A DNA stretch of 53,909 nt, counting the filler, from Squatina squatina (lineage: Eukaryota), in assembly GCA_031763465.1 (NCBI GenBank). It is 4 parts of 4 records of this genome, joined end to end, with 100 filler letters (N's around TTAATTAATTAA, not from the genome) between each part and the next. Parts side by side here need not be neighbours in the genome. Positions count along the whole stretch, not along the records: positions 1 to 13,890 come from JARFOE010000016.1; 3 more parts are not named here. One strand, given 5' to 3'. The position numbers were made by a program, and so were the translations under genes. Below, piece by piece: positions 1 to 13,619 of the stretch. The notes below the pieces were generated by a model that did no database searches, had not been told where the DNA came from, and worked only from the letters and a program-made list of their open reading frames with translations. Numbering within the stretch: position 1 is the stretch's first letter; the number at the start of each line of letters is the position of its first letter.

Positions 1-1574
1 TAAATTGAGTGCTGTGGGATTCGGAGAGGGCGGCATAGAATGCTGACTGATAGCCCTTACTAGAAAGGCTTAAATTAGCCTGCAAGATGACTCAACCCAT
101 TTGCAAACCTGACATCTGTCACTGTGTCGTTCTGAAACCTGAGGCACCAATCTGTTTTAACTGGACTAATTCCTTTCTTGAAAAAAAATCTTAATTGCCA
201 TATTAAATTGAATGATCTAATCATCACTAGAATCCAAGTGCTCACCCACTTCCAGGTTATTAATTATTTCTGGTGAACTGCTAAATAGTAAATCAATATA
301 ACATCTTCCCTGTACCCTCCTCCACGTGTTGTGTTTGGAACCTTTCCCTTATTTCTACTATAAAATGCTGCTTTCACTCCTCTCTCTCAGTTGTCCACTT
401 TACCTCTGGGATATTTAAATCCCCCATGATTATCACATTTCCTGCAGCCTTTCATTCCTTAAACAAGCTGCTATCTACCTGTTCACCTTGAGCTGGCAGT
501 CAATAGCAGTTTCCACTTGTCACACTTCAGACAATGTGGAGTGAAATTTGAACTGAAGAACTGTCAGTGCTCTCAGTATTTCAAGTTAAGTCAGCAATAA
601 ACCCACATCTCGGTCCCAGTACACTAAAACTGAAACAAAGCAAAACAGACAAATTAATAATGGATCTTAAAGTAAAAACCAGACGATATGCTGAACTAAG
701 ACATCATAGTGAAGATAATACGAGTTAGTAAAAAGTAGTTTGGGAGAGATTTTTATTCCAATTTATTCCCCTATTCTTAATTTCTGTTGTGCAGGAATAA
801 TGGGATGACAATGACCTTCTGGTGCCTATAACCTAGATAGTGAGTGCCAACATCATATTCAACCATGGGGGGCTATCACAGTCAGTCCTCATTCAAAACG
901 TATGCAAACTTTCCACTAGGGGAGTCCCTGGATAACGGTTACCAACAGAAACCTTGGTTGATTGTAACCCCTCCATAACTTGTTAAACTGTGGCTGCTTG
1001 CCTAGTGTTACCCTGGCTGAAATCTAAGAAATCTATTTCCTCGCCACAGAGCAGAGAAAGAAATCAGGGACAGATTCATTGCCAGGCTGCTTTTGATGAT
1101 TCTAGTAGCTGACTCAAGAATGGGTTCGGCAGAGGCCGAGGAACATATCATCTGCCTGCCCTATGAATAAAGGAGGTCCTGCCCAGCTGAGACCTCTAAG
1201 GGAGAAGGATGAGATTTTTGATACTCCTCCATTGGGATATAGCCAATCATCACTAAGCTTGTAATATTCAGTACCTGGGTCCCATTGTAGAAGTGGCCGT
1301 TAGGGATTAACCAAGATTACTCATCTCGATTAGGTGTGATATCTTATTTGTTTATTATTTAGCAGAATAACTGTCTACTTGCTGATGCTCTTTACTATGT
1401 AGGTGATCAGAAAGTGCAAGAAAAAAAGTATGGTAACTAGGAAATGTCTGATCTTGACCAGTGTGCACCAGTATTAGACCATGGACGAAAATATTCTTGC
1501 ATTGTGTAAAGTAGAGTTGCTTTTATATGGAAAGAAAGAAAGAATCTGCATTTTCATAGAACCTTATCAAGTCC

Positions 1575-1790
1575 TCAAAACATCCCAATGTGCTTTACAA
1601 CCAACAGATGAAGTACAGTCGCATTATGTAGGCAACGTGGCAAACATTTTGCACACATCAAGGTCCCGCAAGCAGCAACTGAATGAAAGACCAGGCCATC
1701 TGTTCTTGGTGGTATTAGTTGGCCAAGGCACCAGGAGAACATCCAGCTTTTCTTCAAATACAACTGTGGGATCTTTTACATACATGAAGG
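1575..1790 (-). mobile_element. Shark-type SINE fragment (SacSINE1/Deu-domain-like), decayed
   Basis: Resembles the abundant chondrichthyan SINE segment (gtaggcaacgtggcaaacattttgcacaca..aaggtcccgcaagcagcaa). Related pieces occur at ~8800-8952, ~22810-22950 and ~42975-43090. Family assignment is from memory. Confidence 0.5.
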
Positions 1791-2564
1791 TGGGAAAAAA
1801 CTGAATTTATGAGCATGTATGAATATTAGGAATGGAGAGAAATTGGGAAATGGATCGTATTAGATGAATACTGCAGGTTAGGAATGAAAAGCTAGAGGTA
1901 TANNNNNNNNNNNNNNNNNNNNNNNNNNNNNNNNNNNNNNNNNNNNNNNNNNNNNNNNNNNNNNNNNNNNNNNNNNNNNNNNNNNNNNNNNNNNNNNNNN
2001 NNNNNNNNNNNNNNNNNNNNNNNNNNNNNNNNNNNNNNNNNNNNNNNNNNNNNNNNNNNNNNNNNNNNNNNNNNNNNNNNNNNNNNNNNNNNNNNNNNNN
2101 NNNNNNNNNNNNNNNNNNNNNNNNNNNNNNNNNNNNNNNNNNNNNNNNNNNNNNNNNNNNNNNNNNNNNNNNNNNNNNNNNNNNNNNNNNNNNNNNNNNN
2201 NNNNNNNNNNNNNNNNNNNNNNNNNNNNNNNNNNNNNNNNNNNNNNNNNNNNNNNNNNNNNNNNNNNNNNNNNNNNNNNNNNNNNNNNNNNNNNNNNNNN
2301 NNNNNNNNNNNNNNNNNNNNNNNNNNNNNNNNNNNNNNNNNNNNNNNNNNNNNNNNNNNNNNNNNNNNNNNNNNNNNNNNNNNNNNNNNNNNNNNNNNNN
2401 NNNNNNNNNNNNNNNNNNNNNNNNNNNNNNNNNNNNNNNNNNNNNNNNNNNNNNNNNNNNNTTTGTTTGGTAATGTTCCTGTGAAGCACCCTGGGACGTT
2501 TTACTACTTTAAAGATGCTACAGAAATGTTGGTGTTGGTGAAAGCGATCCTCATGTTAGCCCGG

Positions 2565-2745
2565 AAAGAGGCAGAAAGGCAGATAATGGTGGTGTGACTA
2601 ACTGCCACTTAGTGTTGTCCATGCAGTGCAGGTTTGTTGCAGGTATTTGACTCTATAACTGGCTCCTTGCTGACTGAGTCTGCAGAGCGAGTGGCCCTGG
2701 TCATTGCCAGGTAGATGTGCTGAGGCCTGCAGATATGATTGGTGG
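2565..2745 (-). mobile_element. Possible PIF/Harbinger transposase fossil (N-terminal part)
   Basis: The minus strand reads HICRPQHIYLAMT...SVSKEPVIE...VAV...SASF with stops and frameshifts. This resembles the RxYRxRxxYLxM...LPVAVKVTAALNFYASGSFQ region of Harbinger transposases. Confidence 0.35.
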
Positions 2746-5700
2746 AAAATGTGGGGGAGGGACCTGATGTCTACTGATCTCTCTGGCATGTCTGTCTTCC
2801 TCTTGGATCACTTTAACCATGGAATAATGTATTTGAAGTGTTTTCAAAACAAGGATTCATTACTTTTACCTTGATTTGGTAAGTTTCATTGGACTCTCTT
2901 TAGTTTACACTTGCATGCATGTTCAACTTCTATTGAAATCTTGTAAATGCTTCTATTACAGTCACCTTTTTGATTAAAAAAAAAGTGCTGAAAAAATTTT
3001 AAAAGTACAAAACTAAATCATTCATTCTAATGCTCTAATAATAAATTAGAAAATCTAATTACAGTTAGTACACTGAGATGGGAATTTAAAATAAGTAAAG
3101 TAAACTTTGCTCTGCTTTAATGATGCATCAAAGTATAACACAGCTTCTGTCTTTTCTACAAAGGCGCATAGTGCAAGTTTAAATTATATTTCTCTTTATT
3201 TAATATTACAATGCTGCCCTCAAAATATCCTCCGCACTGAGCATAACATATTTTAATCAGTAGCGCTGATTTCTTAAGTTGAGTAAATTTATTGTATTAC
3301 AGTACAGAAAATAACTTTACTCATCAAGTAGAATCTTGCCACTTATTCGAGGGAAAGGAAATGAAATTGAAGATTGAGTCAAACTCATTACCTCCCATTA
3401 GTCACTCACAATCCGAAAAGGCAACCGTCTCTGTGAAAGTTTGGCAATCCCTCCAGTTATTTCCACTCAACAAATTGCTCACCTTCTCAGTGGCCAAATG
3501 ACTTGTGGTATAGGAGGGAACCAAAGAGGGAAAAAAAACAGAAATAAAACGGGGGAAAGAAATCGAAAGAAAATATATACACATAATACGGAATGACCGC
3601 AACCAACAGCTGTTAACTAGTCTGTATATAGCAATGATTACATTATAATTGTTAATCATTCAGCATGAGTGTCAAACTATATCAACAACAGAGTATACTC
3701 GCTATTGGCATCTAATGTGACAGCCACTGACCTAACGTCATATACACCAATCCATGAGTCTCATAAAAAATCCGTGGGATGGGAATGTCCTGTTGGGGCT
3801 CAGAGGATGATCTATAAATACACACNNNNNNNNNNNNNNNNNNNNNNNNNNNNNNNNNNNNNNNNNNNNNNNNNNNNNNNNNNNNNNNNNNNNNNNNNNN
3901 NNNNNNNNNNNNNNNNNNNNNNNNNCTCAGAGGATGATCTATAAATACACACATGTATAAATACACACATATATATGTTCAAAACATTAAATATGGCAAT
4001 TTAAAATTTAGTTTACATCTTATTTTGCCATCTTTCATCATCAGAAAAAGCACAAGGGATATATGGAAGCCCTCTTTTATGTGATATTTTATGTCACATG
4101 ATATTCTGCAAGCAAGAAAAGACATTATTCAAGGATTTATTCATAAAATTAAATTTGATAATATTAAGATGGCAAGGTGAAATATATTAGAATTTTTTTC
4201 TTTTTATTGTAAGCATCATAGTGTAGGTTTCTGAGGCAAAAACTAATAACCACTATAGAGATTGATTTTTCATCCAGCTTAAATCCCCATCCTATCCATA
4301 TCATTAGCATTCATTTTTGTATAAAATTAAAATATAGCTCTACTCATTATCATTTAACTTCATGTACTAGATGTAAAATTCTTCAATCCCAGGTGAAAGT
4401 ATATACTGTTGGAATGCTGTATACTGTCTTCGGAGTATAATGAACAAAGCATTCAAAACGTGGATCAGATCTAATACACTGTACTCATATTCTCTTTTGA
4501 ATAGCGCAGACAGTTTATTTTTTCAACACAATCCACAATGCACTATTCAATAGTGAGCTATAAAAGAAGGTAAACCAATAGCTGAGATTATGGGAAAGAT
4601 TTAGAGATAATAGCTTCCTTCCACGCGTAGGTGTTTACAATGGCTATTAAGGTGGTCTGCATTATTGCAAGATATATTGTGCAATTTTTGATTGGGGTAA
4701 AAGGATTTGAAGTGAACCTACGTAAAACTATTCATATTTCAAGGGCTTCTTTTATTATTTTTAATTAAACTTATTAAAGTCAGCTGTATGAGTTGAATTA
4801 AAGGTATTTCATTGAAGTTTAGAAAAATGAAATATGATAAATGGATTAATAGCTGGTGCTTTTCCATCCATCCAATTAATTGAATTCCAGATATATTTTT
4901 TAAATGATGGGTTACTATTTATGTAGACTACAGAGCAAGTAGTGTGAGAGGTTGCCAGTTATTGTGTTCCACATGTTAGCACTGGGTTAAATTCACATAT
5001 AGTAGACAGAAGATGTTTTGCTAACAGACTATTTATTTATCTGACATTTAGCAACTTCAATGCTTTTTTTTAATCATAGCCTACAGGTTTATTGAAATCA
5101 AAAAAAAAACTTCTATTAAAATATTGCATGGTTATTTATTTTACATTTAATTATAAATAAGTCCCCTTTATTTGGAGCTTTAGANNNNNNNNNNNNNNNN
5201 NNNNNNNNNNNNNNNNNNNNNNNNNNNNNNNNNNNNNNNNNNNNNNNNNNNNNNNNNNNNNNNNNNNNNNNNNNNNNNNNNNNNNNNNNNNNNNNNNNNN
5301 NNNNNNNNNNNNNNNNNNNNNNNNNNNNNNNNNNNNNNNNNNNNNNNNNNNNNNNNNNNNNNNNNNNNNNNNNNNNNNNNNNNNNNNNNNNNNNNNNNNN
5401 NNNNNNNNNNNNNNNNNNNNNNNNNNNNNNNNNNNNNNNNNNNNNNNNNNNNNNNNNNNNNNNNNGGATTTAAAGGCTATAATTCAGTGAAGAGTTATGA
5501 TATCACAAACCGCAGCAGTTTATAAACATCAGGAGAACCTTTGATGCTAAATTACAGCCTTTATTGGAGCAATATTCCTTAACTTTACATTGTTGTTGGC
5601 AGGATCACAATGGTGATCAAATTCCCAATGATGTAATTCTACCACCTTCATACTGCCAAAAATAGCTTAAAAAGAATAAAATTGTTTAGGACCATTATTT

Positions 5701-6260
5701 TAAATGGGGGTGGCTGACCCATTCGCAGCTTGACCCTGTCACACCTGGCACCTGATAGGCTTATTGTTGCATCAGTCACTCCAATTATTCTGGAGACTTG
5801 ATGCAATGAGATAGAATTTACTGCATGTAAAGGGACAATTTTCTAATTCTAAAGATTTAAAATAAAAACCTACTCTTAGGAGAAATAGGGTTAATGAAAG
5901 TTCCATATAAAAACCAGAAATTCGATAACTCCCTCTGTTATTTTATATAATAGATATTGTTGGAGTTGTACTGTGATCTTTTGACGGAGTGTTTTGTTTG
6001 TTTCTGTGTTCATCAATAGTTGAGTTTGACTAATTGTCTTGATAGCAATTACCCATAGAATCAATTGGATGTTGTCAAAGGTAACGAATCTGTCTTGAAG
6101 CCCATGTAAAATTGTGTTATGTAGCTGTCAGAAAGATATAATCACATTATTTTCTGGAGTAAAATATTCATGAAGTTAATTCTCAGCAAGTATAATAGAA
6201 TTGTTCCTTTTCTTCTAAATGCGCTTACATCATATTGTTATAAGTAATAATTGAACTCAC

Positions 6261-6998
6261 TGGGCAAGAATTTACTGTAAAAATAACAGTGAGGCTAATG
6301 GGGCTCACCATTATTTATGCGCAAATTGGATAGCAACTTCAGCCGAGCACAGGTGTGCAGTCAACCACAAAAATCCAGAAGTTGCCATCCGAAATGCGCC
6401 TCTCCTCCGTAGACTGCATACAAAAGGCAACTCACCATCTCCCCATTCAAATATATTAAACGGTGTGAAGTTCCTGTGCTGAAGTCATCGATATGGACTA
6501 AACTCACCACAAGACTTGTCTATTTCAGTGTAAGTACCTTTTTTAACAGCATGATAAATCTTCACTACTGCCAAACAACCTCTCTGGCACTGAAAATAAA
6601 CTTTTACAAGTGTGTAGTCTCATTTGTTCAGATTTTATTTGCTGTTGGAAATCTAAAAAAAATTACTGTCTCTTTTGTTTCTCTCTCATTCCAACTTTTC
6701 CTTCCCTCTCTTTAGTTTTCTTTCTGTACCTGATTTGACAATGAATTGAATATTCTATCTGACACTTCCTAGTTCAGACGCTGCGTATTAACAATACTTC
6801 AATCTGATTAGTTAAGGAGATACACAGTTGCTTGCCCTGTTCACACAGGTCCCAGATGCCCTTTAGAGGTCGCTGCACTTTTTGGGGGCTTGGCTGACAG
6901 CAACTTGCTGTGCAAAAGCCCATGGAAAGTATATGGGCAAGTCCAAGTTTAACAAATGGCTGGTGCCGTTTGCCGCTGAGAGCAAAATCGGACCCCAC
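6261..6998. mobile_element. Non-autonomous DNA transposon/MITE-like element with imperfect terminal inverted repeats
   Basis: Starts tgggcaagaattt and ends aaaatcggacccca (imperfect inverted pair). It has internal inverted motifs (gcaacttc...gaagttgc) and no ORF. Confidence 0.4.
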
Positions 6999-9900
6999 AA
7001 TACTTACCTAAGCAGCCCAGATGGACAGAATGCCTGGATACTGATTTGTAAGATTTTGTGTTTGAATGTGTTTCAATAATCAGATTTGATCCTAGTCAGC
7101 TAATGGAGATCTGCCAATGTAAAACTGTTTATAGCAATGGTGAAAACACTACCTCTACCTGTATGCATTACAAGGAGTCACTGACAAACATCAATTACTG
7201 GAATAACTTTTCACATAACATAGCTATCTCTGACCAGCCTCCTGCCTCACCATGGACTGTGAACAACACACAAACAATTAATCTACTTCGGATGGATCAA
7301 GCATTCAGAAGCCNNNNNNNNNNCAATCTTAAAATGGACGCATCGGCTATCTTATTCCTACAATTTCTTCTGAGGAAAGTTCGCCAGCTCATCCAAAACA
7401 TTTGTCCTTTCCGATTTTCTCCCCTCTATTCCTAAAGGTGCTGACCCTTACTAAGCTACAGTTCCACGGACACCAGAAGCCCTTCAGATTCTCACCCAGT
7501 CTTCACATGTAACACTGCACTGGCATGCAATTCAACCGCAGGTAGAGAGAGAAGTGGTATCACACAGAATCCAACGCTGTCCATACCGGATATCCACACA
7601 CATACTTTCTAGCAAGGGTAACTGGATGGTGATCAGGAACAGGTACGCCGGCTAATTTCTCCCCTCACTAACCCAGGGACATGGAGGTTAACTGCAGCAT
7701 CTGAATGGCTGCCTGAGCGAGAGCTGCAAATGGAGCAAGCTAGTGATCAATCCCAGCACCTTTTGGGACGATAGAGATCAGTTCCGGGTGGTGCACTTAC
7801 TGGAGCACTGAACCCATTCCTTCCCCTTTGATGTTTTTGCAGCAAGGATGCTGCAGTGCTCAAGCGTTAACATAATCTGGCTTCTCTCGGTGCATTTCTA
7901 GTGGTTGTTCCCAGTCGAGATTATTAGAGATTTTGTATTCAGTATGCGGCACATCAGGAAAATTAAACCCCCAAACAAATGTCTCTCAGTTGAATACAAA
8001 TTAAACACACGAGTCCGATTAACCCAAATTCCCACCAATAACTTAAGAATAAGCATATTTAATATATTGCTATGACAGACTTAGGAGAACTTGTTTTTAG
8101 GCCAATACGCCAATGTGATTCTCTTAATTGATCTCCTTAAATTGCTCCACCAATACTTCACCCTAGTGTTAAACAGCTCAAAATACTCTCTCCAGACCCA
8201 ATCAAGATTCAGAAGAGCAGAACCTAGAATTGTGTTGCTGGAGTGTTTTAGCAGTTGAAATACAATGTGAAAACATCACCCCCATCCATCGATATTGTTC
8301 TGAAATCCCAGTGAAGGTACTGCAAATGAGTCTTCCAATTTTTAAACTTTTTTTCTTCGAATGTCTCGTTGATCTCCTGTGGCCTCCCCTTTCCCCACTT
8401 GATGTCCACATCGGGGTCATGAGAGGCGATCACCAGCTCAGACAAAAACAAAAATAACATTTGAGTCTTTCTCCATGTGACTGACTGTCTGCTCATCTCT
8501 CACGCTCCAGTTCCTTGCGTCTCCCTCTCAATTTCTCTTGCATTCTTTTGGGCTCCACTCTGTTAGGTTCAGATTGTTTTATCTTTGTATCCATCATCTA
8601 AGCTACCATATTCCTCTCTTTTCTGCCCCCTTGCTCTACTGCCTCTCTTCCACTCATGTGCTCATAATACAGTCTTAGTTTGTGTACATCTCTTTTCATT
8701 ATGCCTGCCATTGAGTCTCTGTCTCCCTGTACCTGTTTTTTTTTAATGTCTACCAGTCTGTATTTTGAGACACTTCCTTCATCCTTCTCATTTAAAAAAA
8801 GCCAAAATCCTTCAAACAGTGCAATAGGGGATCTTTTATATCCACCCGAGCCACCGACGCAGACAGGGAAAGGCCTCAGTTTAACATCTCATGCGGATGA
8901 TGGCACATCCACCAATGTAGCACACCTTCCCGTACTGCACAGAAGTGTCAGCNNNNNNNNNNNNNNNNNNNNNNNNNNNNNNNNNNNNNNNNNNNNNNNN
9001 NNNNNNNNNNNNNNNNNNNNNNNNNNNNNNNNNNNNNNNNNNNNNNNNNNNNAATTGTTTCCTACATTAAGTTACAGAGCACAATATCCTACGAATTATT
9101 ACGAATTTCCATTTTAATTTTCTTCTCTACATTATCTCCTCTTTCTGAGTCCTTCACATCATGCACCCTGAGAGAACTGGAACATGGGCTTCTCCATCAG
9201 TGACATCAGCGGTTCACCAGCAACAGGCAGCTTCAAAGGAGTGAGTCCGAAGATGTCAGCTTTGCCATCTCCCTCTCCCAGCCCCACAGAGAACTTATTT
9301 ATCAAGGTCAAGTGAGTTTCAATGACGAGGAGCCCTGGGGCTCAAACTTGTGATTTCATGTTGCGGGTTTTTCCATCAGGTGCTGGAGCTAGCAGCCCAG
9401 TTCTCAAATACAATTTAATTTTAATAGTAAACTTCTCAGAATGTGAGGGAACCTTTTCAAATGACAAATTAGCATTTAAGTCCATTTAATTAAAGAAATC
9501 AAAAGCTGTTAATGTGCAGAGATTGCTTCATATTATTAATATTTCACATTGTGTCAGTTCTGCACATTGGCCTTCTCTGCTTCATTGTAGAAATTCATAT
9601 AAAAGGTGAAAAAATCTGCAATTCTTGCAAACAAAGTGTTTTAAAAATGTAAAAGTACATAATAAATATTGTATACTTTGAATTAAGCAGCTTGTCAAGC
9701 TTCATTAAGAGGGAATACTTGATGATGCATAAATACGAATGCCACTCGGCTGATAAGGCTGTGTCAGTTGCTTAACAATGGTATGGTATAAAGCATAATT
9801 AAAAAGCTGCAGTATAAATGTAATGAACTGTGTGTAAACTATGGAGGAGGGGGCGTTATGGCATTACATTGTTATACCATTTCATTTCGTACCATAAAAC

Positions 9901-12680
9901 TGTAAGTGGAAATTAAATGCTGGCTCAAAAGCATTCCTTAGAGGTTAGAACATTAGCAGAGACAATCTCTGGAAAAAAGAAGCTTCTGTATCAGATACCA
10001 TCTTTGTGTATCTTCAGACCATATTTTTGTCAAAAGCAGTGGCTAAATTAATCATACTCGAAGTTCATTTCAATTTACCAACAAATAACTATGGGTTTGA
10101 GTCATTGGTTTTTATTGAAAAGGAATGTGGGGTTCTTTGTTGTAATTTTTCAGCTGCTGAGACAGAAACAACCTTTTTATACAAGTAAACTGTGAAAAAA
10201 AAACCCTTACGGGACATGAGGGCCTTGACATAAATGCCAGAGAGTAATGAAAGCTATTCATACAAGCACTGAAAGGTTGGGCATTTAAGAGCCTACTGTA
10301 GTATTACTATGAATTGTGTACATTACCAGTGAATATTGAGCATTCCAATGTGTATCTGGTTAACATCTACTAAAGTTCAATCATAGCCCAATCTGTGTGG
10401 AAAGGCATTTAAATTATACTTAACTGGGATTTACTTAGCTGATCAATAAAAACGGTCCCCTATAATTTGCGCTGCCATTTTTCATTGGGATTGTGGTACT
10501 ATATAATTTTCCTAATGGTTATACTTTGCCCATGAGACAAACGTGTATGATTTGTTTGGCAATAGTTTGCCACTGAGCAAAGATCCTATACATATCAGTA
10601 ATTCAGTAATGCAGCATCTGCAATTGCACTGCATTTCCTAGCACTTATTTATCTATCCAGAATCTGTTTATTGAGTTTCTGTAATGATTTTATGTACCAA
10701 TATACTAGTGCGTATAAACTTAAAAAAATGATTTCATCCAAATTAATGATGAAATTGTTTCATTACAAAAGTAAAGGTAAAGGTTACAAACCCTATTAAT
10801 GCAATGTTATTTATAGCTCATTTAAGTGAAAAAATCCCTCAAATATTTCTATACTCAATACTGTTGGCAGATATGCTGAGAAACAGCTTTATAAAATCAC
10901 TTATCGCAGAGTCCAGTACACGTTTTTAACAGCTTTAATTTAGCAGTAGCAGTGAGTGTTAGAATCATGTTTTGAATTATTTTTTCATTAAGTTCCATTT
11001 TCCTGAGGTTAGATGGAAATTTGCATAAGGACNNNNNNNNNNNNNNNNNNNNNNNNNNNNNNNNNNNNNNNNNNNNNNNNNNNNNNNNNNNNNNNNNNNN
11101 NNNNNNNNNNNNNNNNNNNNNNNNNNNNNNNNNNNNNNNNNNNNNNNNNNNNNNNNNNNNNNNNNNNNNNNNNNNNNNNNNNNNNNNNNNNNNNNNNNNN
11201 NNNNNNNNNNNNNNNNNNNNNNNNNNNNNNNNNNNNNNNNNNNNNNNNNNNNNNNNNNNNNNNNNNNNNNNNNNNNNNNNNNNNNNNNNNNNNNNNNNNN
11301 NNNNNNNNNNNNNNNNNNNNNNNNNNNNNNNNNNNNNNNNNNNNNNNNNNNNNNNNNNNNNNNNNNNNNNNNNNNNNNNNNNNNNNNNNNNNNNNNNNNN
11401 NNNNNNNNNNNNNNNNNNNNNNNNNNNNNNNNNNNNNNNNNNNNNNNNNNNNNNNNNNNNNNNNNNNNNNNNNNNNNNNNNNNNNNNNNNNNNNNNNNNN
11501 NNNNNNNNNNNNNNNNNNNNNNNNNNNNNNNNNNNNNNNNNNNNNNNNNNNNNNNNNNNNNNNNNNNNNNNNNNNNNNNNNNNNNNNNNNNNNNNNNNNN
11601 NNNNNNNNNNNNNNNNNNNNNNNNTGGGAAATTCCAGAAAATCCAAATGTATTTTCTCAGAAGGGTAATGGTGTTTTCATACGGCACAACTAAAAGCAGG
11701 TGGCCAACAAAAGAAAATGGGGTGAAATGGAAATTTGTTCTGTACTTGCTATTTTTTCGAGAGAGTTTTATTTCTAACTTGTGACAATATTTTGATTTGC
11801 TTAAAAAATAGTAGACACCCAATTCTTTGGCCATCTTAGAGAACAGGTCGAACCAGTCAGCCCACAGTTACGTTGCCCTGCCCAGAACACATGGCAGAAA
11901 GGTGCAGGAGCAAAACAACCCAAATGAAGTATTTCCGTAGCCCAGGTGACTATTATAGCACTCCAACTCCACAATATTGAAAACTTTCAAGTTTAGTCAT
12001 CAATGTTGGTAAATGGTAACATTGTCCTTTTAACCTGATGAAATAGAAAATATAAACCAACAATACTGCATTTCTTCAAAGTCCAATAGAACCCAATGAT
12101 ATTTTCTCGTCGTATCCTGGCAGCGTTGGTCGGTGGGTGTTTTGTGCACAACCAGCAGCCATTTTGGAAACATTGGTTATGATCCTTCCCTTTTGTCAGT
12201 CTAAAATACCTTCTGTAATTATTTGGAGGTTACAGAAGAAAGAAATAGAATATACTTACTACTAATGTTGTAAAGAACAATTGCCTGAGTATGATATACA
12301 CAGGTGCTTACCACATACATGTGTGTGTTGCCAATTTTGGTAATGCAACATTTTCAAAAGTATCCAGTTTTTCCACACTGTAATAACTCAGCTGAGGTGG
12401 ATTAGCACACAATAACTGAAATTCTGATTCAGCCAAGTACTGGGACAGATATGAGTAAATAAACCAGGCTTTTGTTTTCAATATATACCCTTTAATCCAT
12501 GAAAATGTATACCCTTTAATCCATGGGCTTTAAAACTGAACCAGAAACTCCAAAAAATTGAACTAAGTATGTAGGGTCAGCAATATCTCCTGTGAGTGTG
12601 GTCACTGAAGCATTGCAACAGAAGACAGAAGAAGGAAAGCAGGTATGATCTGGAGGAAGAGAGATTGTATTTTGCATAGC

Positions 12681-12906
12681 ATGTACAGGCAAGAACTAAC
12701 TATTTGGCCTTGACAGAGACTGGTTCAGTCTCAAGAGGGACATTCTCATTGGCATCTGTCACATACTGAATGCTGATTTGTAATTATCCTCATAAGTACC
12801 AACTTCATTACCTGCAGATGTGAAGGTAACTGCAGCTATGAATTTCTATGTCACAGGTTCCTTCCAATCACGAGGGAGTGATTACATTGGCATCTCACAG
12901 TCAACC
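12681..12906 (+). mobile_element. PIF/Harbinger (HARBI1-like) transposase fossil
   Basis: From 12721 it reads WFSLKRDILIGICHILNADL*LSS*VPTSLPADVKVTAAMNFYVTGSFQSRGSDYIGISQST. This matches the Harbinger HTH-region signature LPxxVKVxAALxFYxxGSFQ...GISQS, with two in-frame stops. Confidence 0.75.
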
Positions 12907-13473
12907 AAGTCCAGAGGTATATTCCACAGGTGGGCTTTAGACTTGAGCATGCCAGAATCTAAGGAACTACAGACTACTGCACGAGAACTGTAAGGACAAG
13001 AAAAGGCAAATCAGCCCAGTGAAGCTCATCATTTTGATAGCATCCAACTGCATTTTAAAACCCATTGCAGGATTAATTCTCCCTAGTAGTGAATTGGTTA
13101 ATGTGTTCATGTATAATTCATAGTGGTCGAATCATTTATGTTATTTTTAAATTTGCCTTGGTCTTCACTGGCCAATTATTCCAAACAATTTTCACCTAGA
13201 ACTGCACAGTAGTCATTGACTTGCAGATGTCGGGCATTATGTGGGTCACCATGTGACTCATTCACAGTGGCACATTTGTGTTAGAGAGTTACCAGACCAC
13301 ATGGATGATTCTTGGCTGAGCATGGTTGTAGGCTCAAATCCATGCGATGCTCCTTTGCAATTCACAGTTACAATGACCTACACAAAGCCCTGAGAACTTT
13401 CACCATTAATCCTACTGATTTCCAGTATTTGGTAAATCAATGTTCCTTGCATTTAGCACCATAGAAAGTCCGC

Positions 13474-13619
13474 CAGGCAAGAACCAACTATTTGGCCTTG
13501 ACAGAGTCTGGTGTGTGACTGGTTGAACCTCAGGAGGGACATTCTCATTAGCACCTGTCACATACTGAATGCTGATGTGTAGTTATCCTCATTAGTAACA
13601 ACTTCATAAACTGCAGATG
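13474..13619 (+). repeat. Diverged direct duplicate of the Harbinger fragment at ~12686-12820
   Basis: caggcaagaaccaactatttggccttgacagag...gagggacattctcattagcacctgtcacatactgaatgctgat...ctgcagatg aligns by eye to 12686-12820. Confidence 0.8.

Noticed and set aside
1878-2489. ORFs made mostly of X (also 10897-11834 and many 100-N-spanning ORFs)
   Set aside because: Artefacts of translating N gaps.
9184-9315. Short plus-strand ORF MGFSISDISGSPATGSFKGVSPKMSALPSPSPSPTENLFIKVK
   Set aside because: No recognisable homology or convincing splice context. It may be repeat-derived.
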